This document shows positions 1 to 8,996 of a stretch of 64,000 nt of DNA, in pieces (positions within the stretch are counted from its first letter, which is position 1; each line of letters begins with the position of its first letter). Where the stretch lies: the NCBI GenBank assembly GCA_009782385.1, contig WRJE01000001.1:8303-72302 (forward strand), given 5' to 3'. The notes below the pieces were generated by a model. That model did not search any database and had not been told where the DNA came from. It saw nothing but the letters and a program-made list of their open reading frames with translations. The DNA is from Oscillospiraceae bacterium. GTDB taxonomy: Bacteria; Bacillota; Clostridia; Oscillospirales; UBA929. A program made the position numbers and the translations under genes.

Positions 1-2
1 GT

Positions 3-977
3 ACGGCGGCATGGCTGGCGATGCTCGCCGCCGTTCTGCCGCCGCTCCTGCTCTTCCCGTTTTTGGCTTTACTGATGAAGCGGCATGAGGGTAAAAATCT
101 TATCGAGGTATCGGCAAGTGTTATCGGAAGACCTCTGACCGCGCTGTACGGCATTGTTTTGGGCGCGTACTGCGCGTATCGCGCGGGCATACACGCGCGT
201 GAGTGCGCCGAGATACTAAAGCAAAACGATTATAAGTTCATGCCCGTTTACGTCATTATAGGAGTTATTATTCTGTCCGCGCTTGTGATGAATTTTTACG
301 GACAGCGGACGATTTTCAAATGCGCGGGTTTTTTCTTCGCGCTGTTGATTATCGGCGTTCTGTTTGTAGTATTACTGGGATTGAATCGTTACGATTACAC
401 GCGCTTATTCCCCATCTTCGGCAATCATGAACGCTTCTTTGAATTTCCGCAGCCCGCTTCTATATATGACGGTGTGTTTCTTTTGGCTCTGTTCGCGCCC
501 GGTTTCAAAAGCGCGCGCGCTTTCCGCGCTTCCGGTCTGCTGTCTGTGATTATCGCGGGAGTTGCCGCGGCGGCGTTATGCGCCTGTTATATTATGATGT
601 TCCCTATGAGAATCGCCGCCTCAACGGACTGCGGGTTTATTGAAGTGGGTAAATCCGCGTATTACAATCACTTTTTCTACCGTTTCGAGTCTCTGCTTCT
701 GTTTTTCCTGATATTTTCGTCCGCGATGTATGTCACACTGGGAATCCTCGCGGCGAAGGAGAGCGTTTCGCGCTGTTTGAATATAAAGCACAACAAAATC
801 GTTGTAACCGTCTGCGCGGCGGGCGCGGGCGTTGCCGCGCTGATTCCGTCCGGGCTTGGCGGCGTACAACCGCATTTGGCGTTTTTACGCGATTACGGGT
901 TGTTCTTTCTCGCGGGCGCACCGCTTGTGATACTGCTGATTTACGGCGTTAAGAGGTTATTCAAATGGGGAAAATAA
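3..977 (+). CDS. Spore germination protein, GerAB/GerKB (APC-type membrane) family; 5' end outside window
   Basis: Frame is open from the window edge (TAAWLAM...); about 10 TM segments; RLFPIFG and YRFES motifs; overlaps a Ger(x)C gene. Confidence 0.85.
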   Translation, partial: TAAWLAMLAAVLPPLLLFPFLALLMKRHEGKNLIEVSASVIGRPLTALYGIVLGAYCAYRAGIHARECAEILKQNDYKFMPVYVIIGVIILSALVMNFYGQRTIFKCAGFFFALLIIGVLFVVLLGLNRYDYTRLFPIFGNHERFFEFPQPASIYDGVFLLALFAPGFKSARAFRASGLLSVIIAGVAAAALCACYIMMFPMRIAASTDCGFIEVGKSAYYNHFFYRFESLLLFFLIFSSAMYVTLGILAAKESVSRCLNIKHNKIVVTVCAAGAGVAALIPSGLGGVQPHLAFLRDYGLFFLAGAPLVILLIYGVKRLFKWGK

Positions 978-2161
978 TTAAAATCTGTTGTCTGTTATTT
1001 GTTATCTGTTATCTGTTATCCGCTTGTTGGGACAAGACCGAGCTTGAGGACGCGACATATGTTATCCTTTTAGGGTTGGACAGGGCGGATTCTCAGGACA
1101 TCGGCGTAACCGTTGCGTTCCCGCTTAGTCAGCAAATGGGCGGCGACAAGGAGATGCAGTACACCGTCATGTCCGTAAAAGCTCCGAATGTGACGGAGGG
1201 TATCAATCTGCTAGCCGCAAAAATAGCGGGGTCGATGTCGCTTAACACCGTCAAAACAGTGATTATATCGCGCGAACTGGCTGAGAGCGGAGAGCTGAGA
1301 CAGACACTTTCATCGCGGCAATTTATCGAAGTCAGAAACACCGCGAACATCTGCGTTGCGGATTGCACGGCGGCTGAATTTATTAAGGCGCGGATTGAAA
1401 ATCCGCTCATTGACACACTAAGGCAGGAAGATTTACTGCTAGAGCAATCCTCCGGCAGTCTGTTATACAGACCTCTGGAACTGCTTGACTTAAAGGAAGC
1501 TGTTGAAACGGACGGGGCTTGTGCCTCGATGCTCGGAGGGGTTGTTAAGCAGAGCGGCGAAGATAATAATAATGATGACGACAAACAAGAAGATAAGAAG
1601 GGTGAAAAAGAAGCACCCATTGACGGCGACAATATAAAAATGCCTGTAAGAAGCGGCTATACGGCGGGCAAAGTGCCGATTAGGGCGGAAAACGAGACGC
1701 AAATCTGCGGTCTCGCGGTTTTTAAGGACGGCAAGATGGTCGGAACTCTGGATTCGGACGAAGCGCAGACGTATACACTTCTGACACGCGGCAAAGCTCA
1801 GAAGACGCTCATAATGCGCGGCAACGGCGGCGACAGATTCTCGGTTTTGCTGCGCCCGGCGGGTCGGCGGCAAGTGTCATGCCGACTTGATGGCGGGATT
1901 CTCGTGTTCGATATACGGCTTAATCTGCGGTATGAATCGGATTTACCCGGCATTGATGAAAATATTATCGCGGAGGCTGCCGCCGGGGAGGTACGCGCTC
2001 TGCTGAACAGACTTCAACGGGAGTTTGATGCCGATATACTGGGTTTTGAAGGCAAGGTAAGGCGGCATTTCGGCACGCAGAGAGTGTGGGACGAGTACAG
2101 TAAAAACGATTGGTTCAGGGACGCGGTTATAAATGTGGAGATTTGCATAAAAAAACAGTGA
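965..2161 (+). CDS. Ger(x)C family spore germination lipoprotein
   Basis: Lipobox LSAC followed by WDKTELED...LGLD; GLAVFKDGKMVG and DADILGF motifs typical of GerKC/GerAC. Confidence 0.9.
   Translation: MGKIIKICCLLFVICYLLSACWDKTELEDATYVILLGLDRADSQDIGVTVAFPLSQQMGGDKEMQYTVMSVKAPNVTEGINLLAAKIAGSMSLNTVKTVIISRELAESGELRQTLSSRQFIEVRNTANICVADCTAAEFIKARIENPLIDTLRQEDLLLEQSSGSLLYRPLELLDLKEAVETDGACASMLGGVVKQSGEDNNNDDDKQEDKKGEKEAPIDGDNIKMPVRSGYTAGKVPIRAENETQICGLAVFKDGKMVGTLDSDEAQTYTLLTRGKAQKTLIMRGNGGDRFSVLLRPAGRRQVSCRLDGGILVFDIRLNLRYESDLPGIDENIIAEAAAGEVRALLNRLQREFDADILGFEGKVRRHFGTQRVWDEYSKNDWFRDAVINVEICIKKQ
983..1024 (+). repeat. Heptamer tandem repeat (ATCTGTT, 5-6 imperfect units) encoding the signal-peptide h-region
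   Basis: atctgtt gtctgtt atttgtt atctgtt atctgtt atccgct. Confidence 0.75.
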
Positions 2162-2183
2162 ATATCCGATTCTGAAATACCCC

Positions 2184-2212
2184 TTGAAAATCTAAAAGAA
2201 ACGGGGTATAAT
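2184..2212 (+). promoter_or_regulatory. SigA-type promoter of TA operon
   Basis: TTGAAA-17nt-TATAAT; RBS GAGGAGG before ATG 2244. Confidence 0.7.
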
Positions 2213-2243
2213 ATCTTATAGATTGATTGAGGAGGCGAACAGC

Positions 2244-2513
2244 ATGACGAATGTACAGCCCAGCACTATTTTGGGAACTAATTACAATGACATATCCGCT
2301 TTCTGTAACGAGAGCCGCGAGCCTATGTTCATTACCAAAAACGGTCAAGACGACCTCGCCGTTATGAGTATGGATATATACGAGGCTCTCAGCAAACAGG
2401 AATTATACCGTTTACTGGATGAAGGCAGGGCGGATGCTAAGGCGGGGCGGATGCGTCCTTATGAGGAAGTTTTTGATGAAATTGAGCAGAGGATTTTAGA
2501 TGGAAGCATATAA
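2244..2513 (+). CDS. Phd/YefM family antitoxin
   Basis: NYNDIS..C.ESREPMFITKNG..DLAVMSMD.YE motif; overlaps toxin gene. Confidence 0.9.
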   Translation: MTNVQPSTILGTNYNDISAFCNESREPMFITKNGQDDLAVMSMDIYEALSKQELYRLLDEGRADAKAGRMRPYEEVFDEIEQRILDGSI

Positions 2514-2814
2514 AGTTAAAGTAACAAATTCGGCAGATAACGATTTGAATGACATCGCTCAATATATTTCTTCTGAATTGAACGCTCCGCAAACAGCACT
2601 GAAAATGACACGGGCAATTAGAGAAGCCATTTCCAAACTGGAAAAGACAGCTCTTTTGCGTCCGCTTGTTAGAGATAAACGCCTTGCGGCATTGGGTTAC
2701 CGTCCGTTAGTGATAAAAAACTACATAGCATTTTATGTTGTGAATGAAAAAGAAAAACTCGTTGCGGTTGACCGTATTATTTATGGTCGCAGAGACTGGC
2801 AAAATATCCTGTGA
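2500..2814 (+). CDS. RelE/ParE family toxin
   Basis: A.NDL.DIA.YI, GYR.LVIKNYIAFY, RIIYGRRDW motifs. Confidence 0.9.
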   Translation: MEAYKVKVTNSADNDLNDIAQYISSELNAPQTALKMTRAIREAISKLEKTALLRPLVRDKRLAALGYRPLVIKNYIAFYVVNEKEKLVAVDRIIYGRRDWQNIL

Positions 2815-2875
2815 CGACATCTATCTCCCAACGCCCGACTTCGCGGGATATGCGCGATAAAAAACAGTGAATCTA

Positions 2876-2905
2876 TTGACAACTTGAGCCATACTGTTGT
2901 AGAAT
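2876..2905 (+). promoter_or_regulatory. Putative SigA promoter of pilin cluster
   Basis: TTGACA-18nt-TAGAAT. Confidence 0.5.
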
Positions 2906-2972
2906 AATATAAAGGTGTTATTTCTGTGTTCCGTATCGGTGCGGCATATACAATCCGGATTTTTGAAGAGAG

Positions 2973-3665
2973 GTGGCGGACGTGCGAAGCAACAGGCTTT
3001 TTAAGGTTTTGAAGAATCAAAAAGGCGTGTCGTTCGTGTTTGTTTTGGGTATCATGCTGGTACTTATGGCGATATCCGTCTCCGTTCTTGTCGCCGCCAG
3101 CACAAACTCGGGCTTTTTCGCGAACCAGAGGGAACACAATCAAATACGCATTCTGGAGGATTCCGTGCATAAGAATATAATGTACGGCTTGCAGATTGGC
3201 GATTTGGGCGATCAGATTGCCACGGAAATCTATAACGCGCACGATATTAACCGCGAAAGTGAGCTTGCGCGTTATGGAATCGAATTGGAGGTTGACCTCT
3301 CAGCCGCCGATGATATAAGAATCGGCAGAATCAGCGTTGAACCCGTAAAACTGTATTTTGAGCGTATGGCGGTTATGATTTATGACGCTCAGCCCGCCGT
3401 TTTTGACGAGTTTAATAATGTGTTATTATTTGAGGAAGTACCCAAATCCGCAACCGTTGACGCAACCGTTGTGGTTTCGGTTGAGATTTTTGTGAGAGGT
3501 AATTTCGGAACGCGGGATAAATCCGTTTACTCAAGAGCTACTTACGAATATATAGGCGGTACGTTGGAGCAGCAGCCTAACGGCGTGATGGATTTCGCGT
3601 ATGAAGGTTATGAACGGCTCAACGGCGAATGGAGGTTGATTAAACTTGAAAAAGCCGAAGCGTAA
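2973..3665 (+). CDS. Minor pilin, PilX/GspK-like (no Glu5)
   Basis: KNQKG|VSFVFVLG class III signal peptide and hydrophobic helix. Confidence 0.7.
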   Translation: MADVRSNRLFKVLKNQKGVSFVFVLGIMLVLMAISVSVLVAASTNSGFFANQREHNQIRILEDSVHKNIMYGLQIGDLGDQIATEIYNAHDINRESELARYGIELEVDLSAADDIRIGRISVEPVKLYFERMAVMIYDAQPAVFDEFNNVLLFEEVPKSATVDATVVVSVEIFVRGNFGTRDKSVYSRATYEYIGGTLEQQPNGVMDFAYEGYERLNGEWRLIKLEKAEA

Positions 3666-3981
3666 AGCCGGGAAAATCCTCCGTTCAAGCAGGGGTGAAA
3701 CTCTTATCGAGAGTATCGCCAGTTTAGTCATGTTAACCGTCCTTCTGCTGACCGTCTCGGTAATGCTTGCGTCCGCTATGAAGATGACAAGCGTTTCAAC
3801 GCAGGATTCGATAAAAATGCAGGAGGAAGAAGTGAACCCCGTGCTGATGTCGGATTATTCAAACATTAACGCGAGAATCAGCGTTATTACTTTCAGGTCT
3901 CCCAACAGCGGGATACATTCATCGCACCAAGTAACTCTGATAGAAGAATATAACGTTTTAGCCTTTGTCCCTGTGAATTGA
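3646..3981 (+). CDS. Minor pilin (prepilin N-terminal cleavage domain), PilV-like
   Basis: SSRG|ETLIE plus hydrophobic helix. Confidence 0.8.
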   Translation: MKKPKRKAGKILRSSRGETLIESIASLVMLTVLLLTVSVMLASAMKMTSVSTQDSIKMQEEEVNPVLMSDYSNINARISVITFRSPNSGIHSSHQVTLIEEYNVLAFVPVN

Positions 3982-3991
3982 AGGTGACGGT

Positions 3992-4516
3992 ATGAAAAAG
4001 ATTCTTAAAAATAAAAAGGGTACAACTCTCGTTGAGCTTTTGGTCGCGATGCTTCTGTTCGTTATCGTAACGACCTCCGCCTCGACTATTATGTTCCCCA
4101 TGCTCAAATTGCAGATAGGCGCGAACGAATACGCCGAGTACAACACACTGCTTGACACTGTGGCGAACTATATAATCAGCGAATTCTCCGGCGCGGTGCC
4201 CGATGGAACGCCCATTGCCGCCGGCAGTAATTATCTCGGTTTTTTCAAGGGGACAGGAACTGCGGAACTGACCGTTGTACCTGTTGCCGGAAGTAACAGC
4301 GGCGGAATACTTCACAGGAACGGCAGACCCGTTCTGCACGAGGACTACTATAAGATGAAGACGGTGGGTTTTTTCTGCCGCGACGTATCGTCTGTGTACG
4401 CGGGAACGGCGTTTGAGCTTACAGTTTTTGTATATGACAGAAAGGGCAGCGAGGTAATTAACAGGGTATATGCCGTTAGACCGCTCGCGCTTAATCAGTA
4501 TATTGAAGATTTTTAA
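3992..4516 (+). CDS. Minor pilin (prepilin N-terminal cleavage domain), PilW-like
   Basis: NKKG|TTLVELLVA. Confidence 0.85.
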   Translation: MKKILKNKKGTTLVELLVAMLLFVIVTTSASTIMFPMLKLQIGANEYAEYNTLLDTVANYIISEFSGAVPDGTPIAAGSNYLGFFKGTGTAELTVVPVAGSNSGGILHRNGRPVLHEDYYKMKTVGFFCRDVSSVYAGTAFELTVFVYDRKGSEVINRVYAVRPLALNQYIEDF

Positions 4517-4600
4517 TAAATATAGAATAAATTTGTTGACATTTGTCGTATAATAATATAAAATCAGCGATGATATATTCATGGTATAGGGGAGTGTGCT

Positions 4601-6286
4601 ATGGCGAGGCTGCGCTTGGGTGATCTTCTGGTCGAAGACGAAATCATAACACAGCAACAGCTCGAAACCGCACTGGCTGTTCAAAAGGCCGACCCGGATA
4701 AGCGGCGGTTGGGCGAAGTCCTTATAGAAACGGGTATTCTGTCTGAGGACACAATGAAAACCGCGCTGTCCAAGCACCTTAATCAAAGGTATGCCGCTAT
4801 AAGCGACATACCCATTAATGTTGACGCGGTGGGTTTGATACCTAAAGCCGTGGCGACAAAATACTGCCTCATCTCCGCGTATGAGAGCAACGGCGTTTTA
4901 ACCGTGCTTGTCGATGACCCTCTGGATTTCTACGCGCTTGAAGACGTAAAACTGATTGTAAGCATGGCTCTTGACGTTGTTATCTGTAAAAAAGAGGATA
5001 TCGTCAAGGCTATTTACTATTGGTATTCTGAGATTGAGACAAAGCAGGCGGCGCAGAGCGCGAACCTCAGCACCGCCGGCGCGGCGGGCGCGCTCGCGTA
5101 TACGGATTTGTCCGAATCCGCCGATGATACCCCCGTTGTAACATTAGTCAACTCTACTCTGTTTAAGGCTCATAACTCCGGAGCGAGTGATATTCATATA
5201 GAACCGTTCGATCAGTATACGATGATTCGTATCCGTATTGACGGGCAGATTGTCGAGTATCTTCAGCTCTCGCAGGGATTGCACAACTCCATTGTGGCAA
5301 GGATTAAAATTCTGGCGAACCTTGACATCGCGGAGAAACGTGCTCCGCAGGACGGGCATTTCCGCTCGAAGCTGCAAGGCGTTGACCTTAACGTGCGCGT
5401 TTCTACCATACCGACTATTTACGGCGAAAAGATAGTCATGCGTTTTCTCAGTCAATCGGCGCAGATGGACAACGCCGGAACATTCGGTATGGAACCCGAT
5501 GACTATGAAAAGATGATTAACATCCTGCGCGTGCCGCACGGATTGATATATGTCACGGGACCTACCGGAAGCGGCAAAACCACGACATTGTACATGGTTT
5601 TGGAAATGCTTTCAAAGAAAATGGTTAACATCGCGACGATTGAAGACCCCGTTGAAAAAAACCTTGAGCGCATCAACCAAACTCAGATTAACCCGGCGGC
5701 GGGCGTTACTTTCGAGAGCGGCCTGCGCTCCATACTGCGCCAAGACCCCGATATTATAATGATTGGTGAGACACGCGACAACGAAACCGCCGTTATATCG
5801 GTGCGTTCCGCGCTCACAGGTCACTTGGTTCTCTCAACTCTGCATACCAACGATGCCGTATCGGCGGTTGTAAGGCTGTCCGACATGGGCGTTGAGAGCT
5901 ACTTGCTTGCAAACTCACTGGTGGGCGTTGTGGCGCAGCGTCTTGTTAAGAAGATATGCGCGTTCTGTAAGGAGAGGTATTACCCCTCGGAGAGCGAGCT
6001 GTTCGCGCTTCCCGAAGAAGCGCGTAACTCGCCGATGTACAGGGGCAAGGGCTGCCACAACTGCAATAACACGGGCTATAAGGGGCGGCTCGCCATCCAT
6101 GAAATACTCACCATTGATAACGAGATACGCGAGATGATTTCAAAGAAAGCTCCCACGGAAGACATCTACGAGTATTGCCGCACAAGCGGAAAAATGAAAG
6201 CACTGCGGGCAAGCCTCGCGAAACTGGTCGCAAACGGCACGACTTCACTTGAAGAACTCTTCAAACTGACATACTACGTTGAATAA
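4601..6286 (+). CDS. pilB: Type IV pilus assembly ATPase PilB (GspE/PulE family) with MshEN domain
   Basis: Tandem RLG motifs at N-terminus; GPTGSGKTT; LRQDPDIIMIGE; CxxC zinc motifs. Confidence 0.95.
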   Translation: MARLRLGDLLVEDEIITQQQLETALAVQKADPDKRRLGEVLIETGILSEDTMKTALSKHLNQRYAAISDIPINVDAVGLIPKAVATKYCLISAYESNGVLTVLVDDPLDFYALEDVKLIVSMALDVVICKKEDIVKAIYYWYSEIETKQAAQSANLSTAGAAGALAYTDLSESADDTPVVTLVNSTLFKAHNSGASDIHIEPFDQYTMIRIRIDGQIVEYLQLSQGLHNSIVARIKILANLDIAEKRAPQDGHFRSKLQGVDLNVRVSTIPTIYGEKIVMRFLSQSAQMDNAGTFGMEPDDYEKMINILRVPHGLIYVTGPTGSGKTTTLYMVLEMLSKKMVNIATIEDPVEKNLERINQTQINPAAGVTFESGLRSILRQDPDIIMIGETRDNETAVISVRSALTGHLVLSTLHTNDAVSAVVRLSDMGVESYLLANSLVGVVAQRLVKKICAFCKERYYPSESELFALPEEARNSPMYRGKGCHNCNNTGYKGRLAIHEILTIDNEIREMISKKAPTEDIYEYCRTSGKMKALRASLAKLVANGTTSLEELFKLTYYVE

Positions 6287-6309
6287 TATAAATATTGCGG
6301 TATTTCCAT

Positions 6310-6359
6310 GTAGGGACGACCTTTGGTCGTCCGCGGACGGTCGGGACGACCGTCCCTAC
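6310..6359. repeat. Inverted doublet of GTAG-family REP-like hairpins
   Basis: GTAGGGACGACCTTTGGTCGTCCG...CGGACGGTCGGGACGACCGTCCCTAC. Confidence 0.85.
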
Positions 6360-6392
6360 AACAAATCAACATTGTAAGAAAGGTGGGGGTTT

Positions 6393-7448
6393 ATGAATAT
6401 TTCAGAATTGATTATTGCCGGCAGGCAAGCCCGAGCGAGCGACATCCACATAACAATGGACAAAAATCCGCTTTTTAGGGTTGACGGCGTGCTGAGAGAG
6501 ACAGATTATGCCCTTTCAAAAGAGGAAAAGGGTCAGATGATTCGCTCGATGATGGACAATAAACAGCTCGCCCGTTTTGACGGCGGCGAAGACGTGGACA
6601 TGAGCTACGCTGTTTCCGGCAATCTGCGTCAGCGTGTCAATGTTTACCGCCAGCAGAAAAAAATTACCGCGTCTATCCGCATTATCAACGAGAACATTCC
6701 GACATTCGATGAACTCCAACTGCCGGAAGTCTTACGGCAGCTTGCCGATGAACCGAGAGGACTGATACTTGTAACCGGTCCGACAGGCAGCGGCAAATCC
6801 ACCACCCTCGCGGCTATGATTGACTACATAAATCAGAGCCGAGCGTGCCATATTATAACCATTGAGGATCCCGTTGAGTATGTATATACGCACAAGAAGT
6901 CACTCGTGCATCAGCGCGATGTCGGAGAAGATGTTAGCAGCTTCGGCGCGGCTCTCCGCTCCTCACTGCGTGAAGACCCTGACGTGATACTTGTCGGCGA
7001 AATGCGTGACTTTGAGACAATTACGGCGGCGGTTACGGCGGCTGAGACGGGTCACTTGGTTTTATCAACACTGCACACAATCGGCGCGGCGAATACCATC
7101 GACAGAATAATAGACGTGTTCCCACCGCACAGTCAACAGCAGATACGCACACAGCTCGCGGCTATATTAAAGGGCATTGTAACGCAGACACTCCTCCCCC
7201 GCGCTTCGGGTGTCGGGCGCACAGCGGCATTCGAGATTATGCTCGGCACAGACGCGATATTGAACCTTATACGCGAGAACAAAGGACATCAGATTAACTC
7301 CGCGATACAGACCGGCGGGCGGCAGGGCATGATACTTTTGGACACATTTCTCTCGAATCTGGTAATGCAAGGCACAGTTACAAAAGAAGCCGCGTTGGAA
7401 CACGCGAACAATAAACTGGAAATGATTAATAATCTGTCGAGATTTTAG
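6393..7448 (+). CDS. pilT: Type IV pilus retraction ATPase PilT
   Basis: ASDIH, GPTGSGKSTT, LREDPDVILVGE, AILNLIRE (AIRNLIRE-like) motifs. Confidence 0.95.
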   Translation: MNISELIIAGRQARASDIHITMDKNPLFRVDGVLRETDYALSKEEKGQMIRSMMDNKQLARFDGGEDVDMSYAVSGNLRQRVNVYRQQKKITASIRIINENIPTFDELQLPEVLRQLADEPRGLILVTGPTGSGKSTTLAAMIDYINQSRACHIITIEDPVEYVYTHKKSLVHQRDVGEDVSSFGAALRSSLREDPDVILVGEMRDFETITAAVTAAETGHLVLSTLHTIGAANTIDRIIDVFPPHSQQQIRTQLAAILKGIVTQTLLPRASGVGRTAAFEIMLGTDAILNLIRENKGHQINSAIQTGGRQGMILLDTFLSNLVMQGTVTKEAALEHANNKLEMINNLSRF

Positions 7449-7463
7449 TAAAGGAGAATTACC

Positions 7464-7904
7464 ATGTTGAGGAGAATGACACTGCTCAGGAACAAAAAAG
7501 GTTTTACTATGATTGAGATGATAGCGGTTTTAATTATCATCGCTATTCTCGTTGTAGCAACGCTTCCTGTCATGATCGGCTTTATAAACGATGCTCGCAA
7601 CAAGGCTGTCGCCGCTTCCGCGAGAACGGTTTATACCGCGTGCCAGAAAATCGCGACCGAGATAATCGGTAACGGCGGAGACGCAAACACCAGCGGAGTA
7701 TTTCCGAGGGGAAGAGACAAGTTGGACTGGGGAACGGCTATTGACGAGTATGTAACCGACATTGACATCCGCCCCGCTTCAATCACGGTCAGATTTGAAG
7801 ACCCGAACGAAAAAGGCAAGGTTACCAGTATAACGTATGAGCAAAAAGACGGCGGAAAAACAGTCTTTTTTGACCCGACTAACGGCGAAATAAAGGTTAG
7901 CTAA
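7464..7904 (+). CDS. Probable major type IV pilin
   Basis: NKKG|FTMIEMIAVLIIIAIL; 146 aa; strong RBS. Confidence 0.85.
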   Translation: MLRRMTLLRNKKGFTMIEMIAVLIIIAILVVATLPVMIGFINDARNKAVAASARTVYTACQKIATEIIGNGGDANTSGVFPRGRDKLDWGTAIDEYVTDIDIRPASITVRFEDPNEKGKVTSITYEQKDGGKTVFFDPTNGEIKVS

Positions 7905-7906
7905 AC

Positions 7907-8371
7907 TTGCTTGAAATTATTGCGAGCATCGCGGTAATTCTCATTCTGCTCGCCATCACGGTCATTGATTTCCGCAAGATGGAGATACCGGATTTACTTG
8001 TCGTTGCGCTCGTGCCGTTCGCGGTGTTTGCCGCGTTTGACGGCAGGCCGCTGTGGCACAGGATTTTGGGGTTCTTTATAATCAGTGTGCCGATGTTGGT
8101 TATCGCGCTGATTATCGACTCCGCTTTCGGCGGGGGCGACATCAAGCTCATAGCGGTGTGCGGTTTTATGTTGGGCTTTGACCGCGTTCTCCTCGCAATG
8201 TTCATAGCGATTCTTCTGGGCGGCACAGTAGCCGTTGCCCTGCTTGCGCTGCGTAAGAAGGAAAAGGGCGCGCACATCCCGTTCGGGCCGTATATCTGCG
8301 TTGGCGTTGCCGCCGCTATGCTGTTCGGCGACAACATAATCGGGTGGTATTTGGGATTATTCGGGTTATAA
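7907..8371 (+). CDS. A24 prepilin peptidase, short form (peptidase domain only)
   Basis: IDFRKMEIPD, FGGGDIKL, IPFGPYI motifs; no N-terminal CxxC zinc domain. Confidence 0.9.
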   Translation: MLEIIASIAVILILLAITVIDFRKMEIPDLLVVALVPFAVFAAFDGRPLWHRILGFFIISVPMLVIALIIDSAFGGGDIKLIAVCGFMLGFDRVLLAMFIAILLGGTVAVALLALRKKEKGAHIPFGPYICVGVAAAMLFGDNIIGWYLGLFGL

Positions 8372-8410
8372 CCGCGCAGAGTGCGGCAGGTGCTGAAGGA
8401 GTGTGTTTGT

Positions 8411-8635
8411 ATGTCTCGCAATTATACAGCGTATATCGAGTGGGATGGAGAAAGCGGCACATATATCGGAAGAGTACCCGGAATTACAGGGGCGCATACT
8501 TTTGCGGAAACGCTTGATGAATTGCAGGTAAAACTTAAAGAAGTGGTATTGCTTTGTTTGGAATGTATGGATAAGGATGAAATAAAAAATCTTCCTGTCT
8601 TCACGGGAATTTCACAAATAGAGATTGCAGTATGA
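8411..8635 (+). CDS. hicB: HicB family antitoxin (short, RNase H-like domain only)
   Basis: YIGRVPGITGAHT..ETLDEL...LKE...LCLE motif. Confidence 0.85.
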   Translation: MSRNYTAYIEWDGESGTYIGRVPGITGAHTFAETLDELQVKLKEVVLLCLECMDKDEIKNLPVFTGISQIEIAV

Positions 8636-8856
8636 GCCGATTGGTTTTAATAAGCGCAACGGAAATGGAAAAAATTTTATTTCATTTGGGATTTGATAGA
8701 TTGCGTAAAAAAGGCAGCCATGTGTTTTATCAACATTCTGACGGACGAACAACAACAATACCGTTTCATGGAAACAAAGACATACCACGCCCGCTTTTGC
8801 GCGATATTTTGAGAGAGATAAATATAAATGTTGACGAATACAATGAGCTTCGCTAA
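8632..8856 (+). CDS. hicA: HicA family toxin
   Basis: LGF..LRKKGSH..YQH.DGR.TTIPFH motif; ATGA overlap with hicB. Confidence 0.9.
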   Translation: MSRLVLISATEMEKILFHLGFDRLRKKGSHVFYQHSDGRTTTIPFHGNKDIPRPLLRDILREININVDEYNELR

Positions 8857-8892
8857 CTGCACACTGATATACCACACGGGGTTGTACGGCTT

Positions 8893-8961
8893 GTAGGGAC
8901 ACCATACATGGTGTCCGCGAATATAGTATATGACAACGGACACGATGTATCGTGTCCCAAC
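8893..8961. repeat. Inverted REP-like doublet (GTAG / GTTG heads)
   Basis: GTAGGGACACCATACATGGTGTCCG...CGGACACGATGTATCGTGTCCCAAC. Confidence 0.85.
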
Positions 8962-8996
8962 GGGTGAATTTTATAGATGTTAAAGGGGGGGACGTT

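Noticed and set aside
2815-2972. Possible c-di-GMP riboswitch upstream of the pilin genes
   Set aside because: No recognisable GEMM-type motif seen; only a promoter-like element.
3893-4786. 297-aa minus-strand ORF and other long antisense ORFs (23365, 42192, 48322)
   Set aside because: Antisense to well-supported genes and without recognisable motifs.
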